Source: Batkoa obscura
Taxonomy: Eukaryota
Assembly: GCA_030770535.1 (NCBI GenBank)
Contig: JASVEC010000002.1
Span: forward strand, 558,001 to 622,000
Length of the DNA: 64,000 nt
Direction of reading: 5' to 3'
Position numbers and translations under genes: made by a program. Shown in pieces: positions 63,354 through 64,000 of this stretch; the first letter of the stretch is position 1, and each line of letters begins with the position of its first letter. The notes beneath the pieces were generated by a model. It saw only the letters and a list, made by a program, of their open reading frames with translations. It did not search any database and was not told the DNA's origin.

Positions 63354-64000
63354 TAATATGTATTAATTCTATATACTATATATTTAGTTGAATTTTTAGC
63401 TGAATAGAAAAATTTAAATTACTAGATAAGAAATGAAAAAGCGGAAAGATTAATAGTAAGTTGAAAACTAGAACTATATTAAATCACAAAATAAAAATAA
63501 AAATATCTGTTAATTACCAAGCCATAAATTCTTTCGAAGTGCCTTAACCTCTATAAGTGATTTAATTGGTAAACTCAAAGCTATTTAAAGGCGGAGACAA
63601 ACTTAAAATCCCCAATTAACCCAAATCTTAGACTATTGATTGGCTCTAGTAGTGAAATCATTAAAGCAAAGTTCTTTTTCTACTAACCAATAAAAGTAAC
63701 AACGGCTTCAAACAAACTCAAAATCAGCCAATTAATTCCTTCCTTTTGACTATGGTTATGAGCAATAAATTAACGAAGGATTTTTCAATTAACATGAACT
63801 AATTAGGGGAAATACAAAAATAAAAGAGGAGAATCAAAAAAATAAGAGTCTATAAAGTAGCATAAATAAATTAATAAAATTAAAATTAAAAATTTATGGT
63901 TTTGACCAAAAGAATTTAAAAAAGAGATTACAATTTGTGGAGTTATTTTACAGAATTACGGTCAATTATAGTGTTATTCTTTAAATTTGTCCATTGCCAA

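Overview
AT-rich, intron-rich eukaryotic DNA with short GT-AG introns. The gene content (Chs7, Bni4-like, Hda1-type HDAC, Rho1, expanded 7TM receptor families) points to an early-diverging fungus, probably Entomophthoromycotina/Zoopagomycota (inference). Housekeeping genes: Bni4-like, arrestin-like, Tda10-like kinase, ankyrin protein, TDG/MUG glycosylase, RPL16, gluconokinase, class II HDAC, shugoshin-like, Chs7, mitochondrial ACP, thioesterase, Rho1, tRNA-His and tRNA-Met. They surround an accessory region (about 18-44 kb). That region holds a disrupted Sola2-type DDD transposon with an inverted partial copy, three of four solo-LTR-like repeats and a tandem 7TM receptor family with a pseudogene. 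About 20 copies of a roughly 97-bp MITE matching the Sola2 ends are scattered across the window. Highlights: (1) a Pol III-type unit in which a degenerate tRNA-like leader precedes an snR52-like C/D snoRNA, lying between inverted transposon arms; (2) an apparently intact but catalytically dead pseudo-HDAC in tandem with an active HDAC that lacks the Arb2 tail; (3) two 7TM receptors nearly identical except in intracellular loop 3 and the C-tail; (4) a Sola2/MITE pair with 4-bp TSDs; (5) two long fold-back structures. All alignments, folds and splice models were read by eye; no database searches were run.
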